A stretch of 64,000 bases of DNA, from contig JAIUNM010000002.1 of NCBI GenBank assembly GCA_020162035.1, positions 126,533 through 190,532 on the forward strand. Direction: 5' to 3'. The stretch's first letter is position 1. Every line of letters starts with the position of its first letter. The stretch comes from Bacteroidota bacterium (lineage in GTDB: Bacteria; Bacteroidota; Bacteroidia; B-17B0; Aurantibacillaceae). Below the pieces are notes generated by a model. That model saw only the letters and a program-made list of their open reading frames with translations. It did not search any database and had not been told where the DNA came from. Position numbers and translations under genes: made by a program. Shown here piece after piece: positions 1 to 10,300 of this stretch.

Positions 1-719
1 AATTGTAATTTATAACCTGCCTGTAACTCAAAATTTATTAAATTGTTTTTAATTACAAAACTTGCTTGGCTTCCACTTCTATCAACACCTTCAACATCAA
101 ATTCTTTAAATAGATATTTATTATGGGTATCGTCAATAAACACACGTATCATACCACTTGTTGTGTTGCTTAAAGCTTTAATTGTAAGTGTTTCTATTCT
201 GGTTCCATTACTGCTTGCACTTGCTGTTAATCCCTCTACTAAAGTACCTGTACCGTTTAAGTTTGAGTTGGCAGTACTTAACAAATTAACGCCAGTGTTA
301 GCAGTAAAACGTGTACTTTCGGGCCTAACTGATGATGTGTAGTAAGTCCAATTTAAGCCTTGTGCAATTACATTAAAAGATTCAGAATTTTGTGTACTTG
401 CATACAATTTCCAATCTGCTTTTAATTTAATATCGCAATTCCATGTAAATTCAAAAGTTTGAGTAGTTGCTGCGTTTGTATTAGCAGGTATTTCAATTTC
501 TTGTACAATGTAATAAGAGGAGCCATTGTAAATAAAAATTCTAACCATACCTTGTGTGGTTGTAGTTTGTTGCGCTTTTACGGTTATAGTTTTAATTAAA
601 GTGCCATAAGCACTTGCCGTTAAAAGTAAACCTAGTGTACCAGTGCCATCTAAATTGCTATTAGCGGTTGATAGTGTAACAACCCCTGTGTTTGCTGTGT
701 ATTGTGTTTCTGCTGCCAT
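1..719 (-). CDS. Hypothetical protein (3'-partial, at least 239 aa) with two tandem copies of a ~125-aa beta-rich module; not in the ORF track
   Basis: Hand translation from ATG at 719 is stop-free to base 1: MAAETQYTANTGVVTLSTANSNLDGTGTLGLL...GMVRIFIY...STRFTANTGVNLLSTANSNLNGTGTLVE...GMIRVFID. Clearly paralogous to 732..1184. No signal peptide. Confidence 0.9.
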   Translation of the reverse strand, partial: MAAETQYTANTGVVTLSTANSNLDGTGTLGLLLTASAYGTLIKTITVKAQQTTTTQGMVRIFIYNGSSYYIVQEIEIPANTNAATTQTFEFTWNCDIKLKADWKLYASTQNSESFNVIAQGLNWTYYTSSVRPESTRFTANTGVNLLSTANSNLNGTGTLVEGLTASASSNGTRIETLTIKALSNTTSGMIRVFIDDTHNKYLFKEFDVEGVDRSGSQASFVIKNNLINFELQAGYKLQ

Positions 720-731
720 TTTATTTTTAAT

Positions 732-1184
732 TTATGGAAATATTATGTCTAATGCTTCAATTGCTATACTATAGGTTTCGGCATATTGGGTTGATGCTTT
801 AAGTGTTAAACCGGCACCAAAACTCCAATCAACATCATAGCTAACCTCAAACGATGGTTGAATGCTATTTTGTACTACCGCATTTATATTAAATTCTTCA
901 ATTAATCTGGTAGTTGAACCATCGTAAATAAATAATCTTACCATACCCCTTGTTGCATTAGCTAATGCTTTTATGGTAATTTTTTTTACCAATGAGCCAA
1001 CAGAACCAGTTGTTGCACCTGTACTTAAAACATTTGTTAAAGTTCCTGTTCCGTCTAAATTAGAATTAGCCACCGAAACTGTTGCAACTCCTGTGTTAGC
1101 CTCATAATGTGCTCTTTCGCCAATGTTTGAGTTTACCTCACTGTTTTTTAAACTAAAGCCTGTGTTTATTGATTCTACTAACAT
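732..1184 (-). CDS. Hypothetical protein, one copy of the ANTGV/ANSNLDGTGTL module
   Basis: 150-aa ORF containing ANTGVATVSVANSNLDGTGTL...TIKA...GMVRLFIY...ASTQ. Ends 12 bp before the ATG of its paralog at 719. Confidence 0.85.
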   Translation of the reverse strand: MLVESINTGFSLKNSEVNSNIGERAHYEANTGVATVSVANSNLDGTGTLTNVLSTGATTGSVGSLVKKITIKALANATRGMVRLFIYDGSTTRLIEEFNINAVVQNSIQPSFEVSYDVDWSFGAGLTLKASTQYAETYSIAIEALDIIFP

Positions 1185-1333
1185 ATTATTGTTTTTATTT
1201 AAAATAATTTTTACTTTTAAACATTATAAAAAATTAACAAGCTTCTAATAAATCTAAATTACAAATAGTAATAAGCATTTTGCAAAACATTTAGTTAGCT
1301 TTATGCGTAATATTTAACTCAATTTGTGTAAAT

Positions 1334-1715
1334 ATGAATATTAATTAATCAATCAATAAGAAAAATAAGAGAGTATAAAAACCTTACTCAAGAATATGTA
1401 GCCCAAGAAGTTGGTAAATCAAGAAAAACTTATGCAGAGATAGAAAATGGCAATGAGTTACCTAAAATTGAATTGCTCGAAAAAATTGCTCGTACATTAG
1501 GTGTTACCGTAGATGATATTATTAATTTTAGCAATAAAAACTTTTTACAATCTATATTTAAAGATAGTGCAAGCAACACAGGTGTTGTGTTTTCGTTAAA
1601 AGACGAAAACTCAGCTATTGAACTTAAAAATTTATATGAGAAATTATTATTAGAAAAAGATTTAAGAATAAAAGCAATTGAAGAATTAATTATAGAATTA
1701 AAAAGTTGTAAATAG
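1334..1715 (+). pseudogene. XRE-family HTH transcriptional regulator with a 4-bp duplication after codon 4 (or an intact gene using an ATA/ATT start)
   Basis: The frame of the 1473..1715 ORF extends upstream as INQSIRKIREYKNLTQEYVAQEVGKSRKTYAEIENGNELPKIELLEKIARTLGVTVDDII, a canonical XRE HTH. The ATG at 1334 is out of frame (ATG AAT ATT AAT TAA). C-terminal coiled coil. Confidence 0.8.
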
Positions 1716-1796
1716 CAAATTGGGATACCAAAGTAACTATTTTATTTATTTCCGTAATTGTTGGTAACAATAAAATCAATAGTAAAAAATGGTAGA

Positions 1797-3155
1797 TTAT
1801 TTAATTTTAACACTACTGTACTTTATTTTTGGCATTACTAACAAACCAACAAAGCCAACAACAAAAAATGCAATTAACGCAAGTACCGATTGTCGCATAG
1901 AGCCTGTAATTCCTTCAATTAAGCCAAAACTAAATGTCCCCAAAACAATACCTAGTTTTTCTGATACATCAAAAAAACTAAAATAACTTGCGTGGTCTTT
2001 TGTTTCGGGTAACAATTTAGAATATGTACTGCGCGATAAAGCTTGTATGCCACCCATTACTAAACCTACACTTGCTGCAATGCAATAAAACTCTACAGGC
2101 GTATTAATAAATAGATAAACGCTTGCGCAAATAACTATCCATAAAAAAATAGCAATAAGTAAAGCTTTTACATTACCTATTTTGTTAGATAACCACGAAA
2201 ATAAAAACGAACCTGCAATACCCAAAAATTGTATTAATAAAATACTTATAATTAAAGCTGTTTTTTTATAACTATCGTTTGGCCAATCAATTTCTTTGGC
2301 GGCAAACAATGTTGCCATGTACATAACGGTTTGCACGCCCATATTATAAAAAAAATAAGAGCTTAAAAATTGCTTTAAAGTTTTTTGTGTTTTAATTTCT
2401 TTAAAAACTTTAAGTAACTCGTTAAAACCTTTAGTAAATATTTTTTTTGAATTTTTATTTTCAACAACAGTATTTATTGCTGGTAATTTTTTTAAAGTGT
2501 ATTGTGCAAAGCCAAACCACCAAATGGCAACAGTTATAAAAGCAAAACGTGCATCAATGCCTGGTAAAGCTAAATTTAAATCGGGAAATAATTTTTTAAA
2601 AGTACCCGTTAAAATAAAAACTAAATTTATAATTAATAAAATTGAGCTTCCTAAATAACCCAAAGCAAAGCCTTTAGCACTTACTTTATCTTGCAAATGT
2701 TCGCTTGCTATTTCGGGTAAATACGCATTATAAAAAACTATACTCCCCCAATAGCCAACGGTTGCTAATAAAAAAGGAATCATTGATAAAAGCATAGAGT
2801 TTTTATTAAAGAAAAATAAACCAGCAACAGAAAACGCGCCCAATGCACAAAAAAAGGAAAGAAATCTTTTTTTATTGCCTCTATAATCTGCAATTCCTGA
2901 AAGTATTGGCGCAGTAAAACACACAATTAATAATGATATGGAAACGATGTACGAATAAAATTCGGTGTTTTTAAACGTAAGAGAACCAATTATAATATCG
3001 CTGTTTATTAACTCGCCCTGCGTGTTGTGCGAGGTTTGATATTCATAAAACGCCGGAAAAATAGCAGAATTAATAACTAATGGGAAAACTGAGTTTGCCC
3101 AATCGTAAAACGTCCAAGCTTTAATAGTTGATTTATCATCTTTTTTAATTTCCAT
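1797..3155 (-). CDS. MFS transporter (UMF1/Atg22-like)
   Basis: N-terminal AWTFYDWANS motif, about 12 hydrophobic segments, GIADYRGNKKRF loop, GGIQALSRS motif. Confidence 0.88.
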   Translation of the reverse strand: MEIKKDDKSTIKAWTFYDWANSVFPLVINSAIFPAFYEYQTSHNTQGELINSDIIIGSLTFKNTEFYSYIVSISLLIVCFTAPILSGIADYRGNKKRFLSFFCALGAFSVAGLFFFNKNSMLLSMIPFLLATVGYWGSIVFYNAYLPEIASEHLQDKVSAKGFALGYLGSSILLIINLVFILTGTFKKLFPDLNLALPGIDARFAFITVAIWWFGFAQYTLKKLPAINTVVENKNSKKIFTKGFNELLKVFKEIKTQKTLKQFLSSYFFYNMGVQTVMYMATLFAAKEIDWPNDSYKKTALIISILLIQFLGIAGSFLFSWLSNKIGNVKALLIAIFLWIVICASVYLFINTPVEFYCIAASVGLVMGGIQALSRSTYSKLLPETKDHASYFSFFDVSEKLGIVLGTFSFGLIEGITGSMRQSVLALIAFFVVGFVGLLVMPKIKYSSVKIK

Positions 3156-3157
3156 TT

Positions 3158-4474
3158 TTATAATACTTCTTTAAGTTGTTCCATTTTCATTCCACGCGAA
3201 CCTTTTATTAGAACAGTTGAGTTTTTTATTTTATTTTCTACTAAAAATTGTTTTGCCTCGTTAGTTGTTTTAAAACAATTAAAAGTATTTTGATTTAATT
3301 TACAAAACTCATTTCCTACTAAAACTACATTGTTTAATTTTAATGAAATTAAAAGGTCAACAATGGCTTGATGCTCTTTCTCACTAAAATTACCCAACTC
3401 AAACATATCGCCTAACAACAAATATTTATTTTCAGCATTATATTTTGCAAAATTATCTATTGCTGCTTTCATACTATTTGGGTTTGCATTATAAGCATCT
3501 AACAAAATTTGATTGTTTTCTGTTTTAATTAATTGTGAGCGGTTATTATCTGGCACATAATTTTCTAAACCTAATTTAATGTTGGCATCGCTAATTTTAA
3601 AATAATGCCCTACACAAGCTGCAGCTAAACAGTTTATAAAATTATACCGCCCTACTATTTGAGTGTTAACTTGCATTAATTTATTCCAATCTTTTTCGCC
3701 ATAACGGTTTGTAAATTTCAACAACACATTTTCTCCAACTGTACAATCTTTACCAATTGTATCGTAAAGTTTTTTTACACCAAATGTTATTTTATTGTTT
3801 TCAACCGCTAAATCATGTAAAACATCATCATCGCCATTTACAAAAACCTCAGCATTTTTTTGTTTTAAAAAACGGTACATTTCTGTTTTGCCTTTTATTA
3901 CTCCTTCAATACCACCAAATCCTTCGAGGTGTGCTTTGCCAATGTTTGTAATGTAGCCGTGCGTTGGGTTGGCAATTTCGCAAAGTTCATTAATTTCGCC
4001 TTGATGATTGGCACCCATTTCTATAATAGCAAATTGATGATCTTTATTTATTCTTAATAAAGTTAAAGGTACACCAATATGGTTATTTAAATTTCCTATA
4101 GTTGCAAGAGTATTTAATTGTGTTTTAAGCACTGAATGTATGAGTTCTTTATTGGTTGTTTTGCCATTGCTTCCTGTAATTGCTAAAACGGGTATATTAA
4201 ATTGGTTACGATGATGGTTTGCTAACTCTTGCAGTGTTTTTAAAACATTTTTTACTAAAATAATTTTATCATTTGTAACAAATTTTTCTTCATCAACAAT
4301 TGCAGCAATGCAACCGCTTTCAATTGCTTTACTTGCAAATTCGTTCGCATTAAAATTTTCGCCTTTAAGTGCAAAAAATAAATTATTTAAATTAAGTTTT
4401 CTGGTATCGGTTGTTACACCGGTTGATTTTAAGAAAATTTTATATATACTTTCTGTTGAAGAAAAATTTTGCAT
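3158..4474 (-). CDS. murF: UDP-N-acetylmuramoyl-tripeptide--D-Ala-D-Ala ligase
   Basis: ITGSNGKTT P-loop, NLNNHIGVPLTL, EMGANH, DAYNANPNSM, LGDMFELG, KGSRGM. Confidence 0.97.
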   Translation of the reverse strand: MQNFSSTESIYKIFLKSTGVTTDTRKLNLNNLFFALKGENFNANEFASKAIESGCIAAIVDEEKFVTNDKIILVKNVLKTLQELANHHRNQFNIPVLAITGSNGKTTNKELIHSVLKTQLNTLATIGNLNNHIGVPLTLLRINKDHQFAIIEMGANHQGEINELCEIANPTHGYITNIGKAHLEGFGGIEGVIKGKTEMYRFLKQKNAEVFVNGDDDVLHDLAVENNKITFGVKKLYDTIGKDCTVGENVLLKFTNRYGEKDWNKLMQVNTQIVGRYNFINCLAAACVGHYFKISDANIKLGLENYVPDNNRSQLIKTENNQILLDAYNANPNSMKAAIDNFAKYNAENKYLLLGDMFELGNFSEKEHQAIVDLLISLKLNNVVLVGNEFCKLNQNTFNCFKTTNEAKQFLVENKIKNSTVLIKGSRGMKMEQLKEVL

Positions 4475-4483
4475 AAGTATAAA

Positions 4484-4518
4484 AATAAAAAACCCTTAAG
4501 TTTTTAGCTTAAGGGTTT
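4484..4518 (-). terminator. Intrinsic terminator downstream of gldJ
   Basis: 11-bp inverted repeat AAACCCTTAAG (4490-4500) / CTTAAGGGTTT (4508-4518), followed by a T-tract on the minus strand. Confidence 0.75.
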
Positions 4519-4538
4519 AAATATAATTATTAACAAAA

Positions 4539-6203
4539 TTATTTCCCTAAACCAACTGGGCTACCTACGCGTGTCATTGCACAACGGAAACCTAACCAAG
4601 CAGCAGTTTGTCTTTGATCTAAATATCTACGTGTACCCGGATTTAAAAAGTAAGCACGGTCTCTCCAACTACCACCTTTATACACACGAGATTTATCGTT
4701 TATTAAAGATGTTTTTGCGTATTCGTACATTAATTTATCACCTTGAGATGAATAAGCTTCTTCACCATCAGTATAGTAAATACTTGAATTTACATCACCA
4801 TCTAAATAATTAATATAGTCTGCGGTTTTGTAATTTCTGCGTTCATCTAAGTTATCTGTTGCAACAGCACTACTAACTTCTCTCCATTGCACACGGCCTG
4901 GTATATCTGATTTACCTTCTGGAGTAGCGTTATTGTTTCCATTTGCATCTACAGTCATAAAAGTTAAAATAGAATCTGTAACAGTTTCAGGCTCTACACT
5001 AACACCGTGTTGAGTTGGAATATTAACTTTATGGTTAAATTTTTGCCAAACTGGTCCATCTACGTTAGTTAAAATTTCGCCACCATAACCACCAATTAAA
5101 GTTGTACTGTCTTTCTTTTGAGTAGTAAAAATGTTACCACGGAAAGGTCTAAATTCATCGGCATCTTGTCCTGTACTTGGGCGGTAAACATCCATAACCC
5201 ACTCGCAAACGTTACCACTCATATTATATAAACCATAATCGTTTGGCCAATATGAATAAACAGGGGCAGTTACATCGGCATTGTCATTTAAGAAACCTGC
5301 AGTTCCCATATAATCACCAGCGCCACGTACAAAGTTGGCGTTAATTTGTCCAATAAATTTATCGGTTGAGTTACGAACTCCATGTCCGTTCCAAGGATAA
5401 ATTCTTCTATCTGTAATACGCTCGCCAATTGTGTTACCTATTAAACCATAAGCTGCATATTCCCATTCTGCTTCGGTTGGAAGGCGGTATTTTGGTAAAA
5501 ATATTCCATCTTCCATTTTAACATCACGCTCAGGGTTTTGATCATCGTACGAAGGTAATTTTTGTTTTAATTGCCCTTGCCATTTGCCTGATAAATAGGC
5601 TTCTGTACTAAAATAATCTTGATCTGAAGGAGAAGGAACATGCTCTAATAAACCTTCACGAACTAAGATAAATTCATTTACTCGGTCTGTTCTCCAAGCG
5701 CAAAAGTCATTGGCTTGCAACCAGTTAACACCAACTACAGGGTAATCTCTGTAAGCTGGGTGACGTAAATAATACTCTACATAAGGTTCATTATAAGCTA
5801 ATTTTTCTCTCCAAACTAAGGTATCTGGTAAAGCTCTGTAAAAAATATCTGGAAAAGTTGGTCCAAATACACGGCTTGTCCAATATAAATATTCTAAGTA
5901 CGAGAAATTACTTACTTCAGTTTCATCCATATAAAAAGACGAAACAGTAACTCTACGCGGAACGTTATTCCACTCATAAGTTACGTCGTTTTCTGTACGT
6001 CCAAATGTAAAGGTACCACCTTCAATTAGCACCAAACCTGGCCCTGTTTCTTGCTCCTCGTATGGTGTTTTCTCAAAACCACCGTTACTTGGGTCATTAT
6101 AAGCCCAACCTGTAACAGGCGAGCGTTCTTGCGAGCATGAAACCGCCATAAGTGCAACTACAGCTGCAACAGTTTTACGGTTTTTTATCCAATTTAGATT
6201 CAT
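4539..6203 (-). CDS. gldJ: Gliding motility lipoprotein GldJ (SUMF1/FGE-sulfatase domain)
   Basis: Lipobox AVSC, EQETGPGLVLIEGGTFTFG, SFYMDETEVSN, RLPTEAEWEYAA, RVYKGGSW, GFRC. Context porP-gldJ-murF divergent from porU-porV is the arrangement I recall for gldJ. Confidence 0.88.
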   Translation of the reverse strand: MNLNWIKNRKTVAAVVALMAVSCSQERSPVTGWAYNDPSNGGFEKTPYEEQETGPGLVLIEGGTFTFGRTENDVTYEWNNVPRRVTVSSFYMDETEVSNFSYLEYLYWTSRVFGPTFPDIFYRALPDTLVWREKLAYNEPYVEYYLRHPAYRDYPVVGVNWLQANDFCAWRTDRVNEFILVREGLLEHVPSPSDQDYFSTEAYLSGKWQGQLKQKLPSYDDQNPERDVKMEDGIFLPKYRLPTEAEWEYAAYGLIGNTIGERITDRRIYPWNGHGVRNSTDKFIGQINANFVRGAGDYMGTAGFLNDNADVTAPVYSYWPNDYGLYNMSGNVCEWVMDVYRPSTGQDADEFRPFRGNIFTTQKKDSTTLIGGYGGEILTNVDGPVWQKFNHKVNIPTQHGVSVEPETVTDSILTFMTVDANGNNNATPEGKSDIPGRVQWREVSSAVATDNLDERRNYKTADYINYLDGDVNSSIYYTDGEEAYSSQGDKLMYEYAKTSLINDKSRVYKGGSWRDRAYFLNPGTRRYLDQRQTAAWLGFRCAMTRVGSPVGLGK

Positions 6204-6260
6204 AATATTATCTAATTTTAACGCTATAACGTATATTTTTTTAAAAGGTTACAAAAATAA

Positions 6261-7208
6261 TTAAAATGATGGGCAACTAATTGTTCTATATTTTTTGCGT
6301 TTAGTTTTACATTCAAATTGTATTTGTATCGAAATTTCGTGTGAACCTGCAGTGTTACCACTTAATTTTGAAACAGTTATATCGTAACTGTATCCAAATT
6401 TAAAGTTTTTGTTTTGAATACCAACTAAAGCAACTACAGCATCTTGGTTACGGTACCATAAACCAGCCACAAAAGGTCCTTTAACATAATATAAACCAAT
6501 ATTTAATTGTTGGAATTTTTGTTGTGCTTGAAATAAGATATTAGGAGATAAATAACTTTCGTTTCCTTTTTCTAATGGGATAATTGCCCCACCATGTACT
6601 GTAAATTTAGTTGGTAATGGCGATGGACCAAGTAAACCTTCATCTGGTTGATTTATATGGTGTGCTGCAAACCCAAAGAAATAGTTTTTGCTATAACCTA
6701 ATAAACCAGCAGAAAAATCTAAATTACTTTTACGTTGTAAAGGGATAGCTTCTTGTGTATTCCAAACAAAGCCTCTTCTTGCATCAATCATATCACCAAA
6801 GTTTAGTCTAGAATTATCTAATGTTTTTTGTAAATAAGTTGCTTGTACACCAAATTTCATTGAAAATTCTCTATTAATAGGAGCTAAATAAGAATACATT
6901 AATGAGAAATTATTGGTTTGTAAGGTTCCTCTAGCTTGATCATCTGAAGTAACTAAAACACCTATACCACCAGCTAAAGGGTTTAAGTGCATGTCATAAG
7001 AAGCTGAGTAAGTAACATAAGTACCACTTAAGTTAGGCCATTGGTTACGGTAATTCATTGCAATACGCGGACAACGAGCTGTACCTGCAAAAGCAGGGTT
7101 TAGATATAATGGATTGGCGTAAAACTGTGTAAATTGCGGGTCTTGTGCCTTAAGGTCAGTTAAAACCGCTATAAACACTAGTAAAGGAAACCAAATACGT
7201 TTATTCAT
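6261..7208 (-). CDS. T9SS membrane protein, PorP/SprF family
   Basis: AQDPQFTQFYANPLYLNPAFAG, NYRNQWP, FGYSYD, GSHEISI. Confidence 0.95.
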   Translation of the reverse strand: MNKRIWFPLLVFIAVLTDLKAQDPQFTQFYANPLYLNPAFAGTARCPRIAMNYRNQWPNLSGTYVTYSASYDMHLNPLAGGIGVLVTSDDQARGTLQTNNFSLMYSYLAPINREFSMKFGVQATYLQKTLDNSRLNFGDMIDARRGFVWNTQEAIPLQRKSNLDFSAGLLGYSKNYFFGFAAHHINQPDEGLLGPSPLPTKFTVHGGAIIPLEKGNESYLSPNILFQAQQKFQQLNIGLYYVKGPFVAGLWYRNQDAVVALVGIQNKNFKFGYSYDITVSKLSGNTAGSHEISIQIQFECKTKRKKYRTISCPSF

Positions 7209-7234
7209 AATTAATGTTAATTAAGCCTATTTTA

Positions 7235-7265
7235 CAAATATATTAATAAAATCTTACCAAACAAA
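7235..7265 (-). promoter_or_regulatory. Bacteroidota housekeeping promoter for porP-gldJ
   Basis: Minus strand TTTG (7265-7262), 19-nt spacer, TATATTTG (7242-7235); matches the TTTG-N19-21-TAnnTTTG consensus. Confidence 0.7.
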
Positions 7266-7399
7266 AAAGATTAAAATAAAATTCCACTTATAACGCTTTT
7301 TTGCCGATTAAAATGTATTTTTCTTATATTTTTATTAATACGCATTATACAATAAATTGCCAATTTTATCGTTAATTTTATGCCTACATTTACATAAAA

Positions 7400-10300
7400 A
7401 TGAACAAAACTGGTCTTTTTTCTTTAATTTTTACTATACTTTTTGTTTTTAACGTAAAGTCGCAAAAAAAAGTTGCATCTATTTTAAATATTGACGCTAA
7501 TTTATCTGCAACTTCTAATATAATTCAGCTTAATGACAATGATACAAGTTACACAAAAGTTGTTTTAAAAGGAGCAATGTATTTACCTTTAAAAAACAAT
7601 TTACCTTATTTTTCTATAACCCAAAGTTCAAATCAACCGTTAGATTTAAAAATTAGCGATATTGTAACAGTAAAAGTAGCCGAACCTACCGCTTCTATAA
7701 TTAAAAAACACTTTGGAAATTATTTAACTAGTGAGTTTGAGTTAATTAATGTTTCAGGTATTTCATCAGGTAAAATAATTAACCACTTTCAATTAATTCC
7801 ATTTAAAATAAACAACCTTAACCAAGTGGAGGAATTAGTTTCGTACAAAACAAATTGGGTTGAAAATTTAAACAGCAAATTAAATGCAAAATCAACTTCA
7901 ACTTTTGTTAGCAATTCTGTTTTATCTACTGGTAATTGGTATAAAATTGGTGTTGGCAAAACTGGTGTTTATAAAATTGATAAATCTTTACTCACAAAAA
8001 TGGGAATTGATGTTAGTTCATTAGATCCAAAAAAAATAAAAATATATGGCAACGGCGGAAACGCTTTGCCTGAATTAAACAGTGCAACTGTATTAGATGA
8101 TTTAAAAGAAAATGCCATAAAAGTTGTAGGTGAAAGTGATGGTGTATTTAATGATAATGATTACATTTTGTTTTATGCAAAAGGTAGCCAACAATTAACC
8201 TACAATGCAACAAGCAGATTAAAATATAATCTTAATAACAACATTTATTCAGATTCGAGTTTTTATTTTCTAAATTTCGAAAACACAAATGGCTTAAGAA
8301 TTGGCGCTTCAAATACTCCAAGCAACATAGTTAACAACACAAATTCATATGATTATGTTGCTATTGAAGAAAAAAACGATATAAATTTTATTAAAAGCGG
8401 ACGAGAGTTTTATGGACAGTTTTTTGATATAACAAATACCTATAATTTTACGTGGAACGATGGAAACTTTGTTTTAAACGATAGTTTAATTGCAAGCGTA
8501 ACTATGGCCGGAAGAGCTTACACTCCTAATTTTTACTCATTTAATGTTAATGGAATAAGTCAAAGTTTTACAATATCGCAAGTTGGCACCTATTACTTAG
8601 ACCCCTATGCTAATGTAATAAATACAGTTGCAGGTGGGGCCAATTCTAATATAAATAGTATAAATTTAAGTGTTACCAAACTTTCTAGCAGTGCTTTAGC
8701 TTGGTTAGACAAAATAACTATTAATGCGCGAAGGCAGTTATCTATTACTAACAAACAATTTAATTTTAGAGATGCGAGAGTTACAGGCACATTAAGTACA
8801 AATGCTATAACTTACAATTTACAAAATACAAATAGCGAGTTTGTAACAATTTGGAATGTGAGTGATTTTACACAGCCTATTGAAGTTGTTAACACAAATA
8901 GTAATTCATCTATATCTTTTAATTACGGGCAAAATAATACACCAGATGAATTTGTTGCAATGGTTGATGAAGATTATTACAAACCAGTTTATGTAAGCAA
9001 AGTTTCTAATCAAAATATACACGCACAAGCACCCGCAGAATATTTAATTATTACCCATCCGCTTTTTGTTTCGCAGGCGCAAAGGTTAGCAAACCTACAT
9101 CAAACAAACGAAAATTTAACTTATCAAATTACAACTACCGAAGAAATTTACAATGAGTTTTCGAGCGGAAATCAAGATATATCTGCCATTAGAAACTACA
9201 TAAAAATGCTTTATACAAAAGGTGTAAACTCAGGAACAAACACTCCAAAATTTGTAGTATTGCTGGGAGATGGCTCTTATAAATTAAAAAATAGAGATAT
9301 TAATACAAATAGTTGTTTAATTCCCAGTTACCAAAGTATAAACTCAACTGCACCATTAGCAAGTGTAACCACAGATGATTTTTATGGTTTAATGGACGCA
9401 AATGAAGGAGAATATGCTGATGGTTCGTTAGGGAGTAATACCTATAAAGTTGATATAGGTGTTGGGCGTTTAATGGCTCGCACTGTAACCGAAATGAATC
9501 AAATGATTAATAAGATTGAAAACTATTACGCTAAAGATGATATAAATAATATACTTGCTCAACAATCTAACTGTGGTAATACAAGCGAAGGTACTTATGG
9601 CGATTGGCGCACTTGGGTTAGCTTTATTGCAGATGATGGGGATAAAGCTTTACACATGAACCAGTCTAACAAACTTGCAAATGTTTTAAAAGCAAGTAAC
9701 CCTGAATACAATCAAGAAAAAATTTACTTAGATAGTTACCAAAGTGTTTCTACTCCGGGAGGTATTAGATACCCAGATGCAGTTAGTGAACTTGAAAGAC
9801 GCATGAAAAAAGGAGCTTTGGTTATTAATTATACTGGGCATGGAGGCGAGTTAGGCTTAACCGAAGAAAGAATTGTTGATGTAAACTCAATTAATAATTG
9901 GAGTAATTTTAATAAACTTCCGTTAATGATAACTGCAACTTGCGAGTTTAGTAGATTTGACGACCCCGAAAGAACTTCGGCAGGGGAATACGTAATGCTA
10001 AACCCTAAAGGAGGTGCCGTAAGTTTATTTACAACTGTGCGTGTGGCTTTTGCTGAAACTAATGAATATTTAAACAATATTTTATTTAAGTATTTATTTT
10101 CAACTAATTTACAAGGTAACAAATTAACAATTGGCGAAGTTTTAAAAAACACTAAAGCTGATATAGGTCAAGCCACAGTTTATGCCAATTTTCATTTATT
10201 GGGCGACCCCGCAGTTGTTTTAAGATACCCTAAACAAAAAATTGTAACCACTCAAATAAACTCTGATACAGCAAAATTAGTTTTAAAAGATACTTTAGGC

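Noticed and set aside
43-342. 99-aa plus-strand ORF
   Set aside because: It is the antisense shadow of the real minus-strand module gene (<1..719).
1259-1271. TTAC-N5-GTAA palindrome as an XRE operator
   Set aside because: Single copy with 4-bp arms in very AT-rich DNA; expected by chance.
1-1715. Prophage call for the module genes plus XRE regulator
   Set aside because: No integrase, terminase, capsid, lysis gene or att site is visible in the window; the phage resemblance is only a recollected motif similarity.
4539-6203. GldK or a generic formylglycine-generating enzyme
   Set aside because: The N-terminal TGW..N..GGF..EQETGPG pattern and the porP/murF context fit GldJ; no gldLMN follow.
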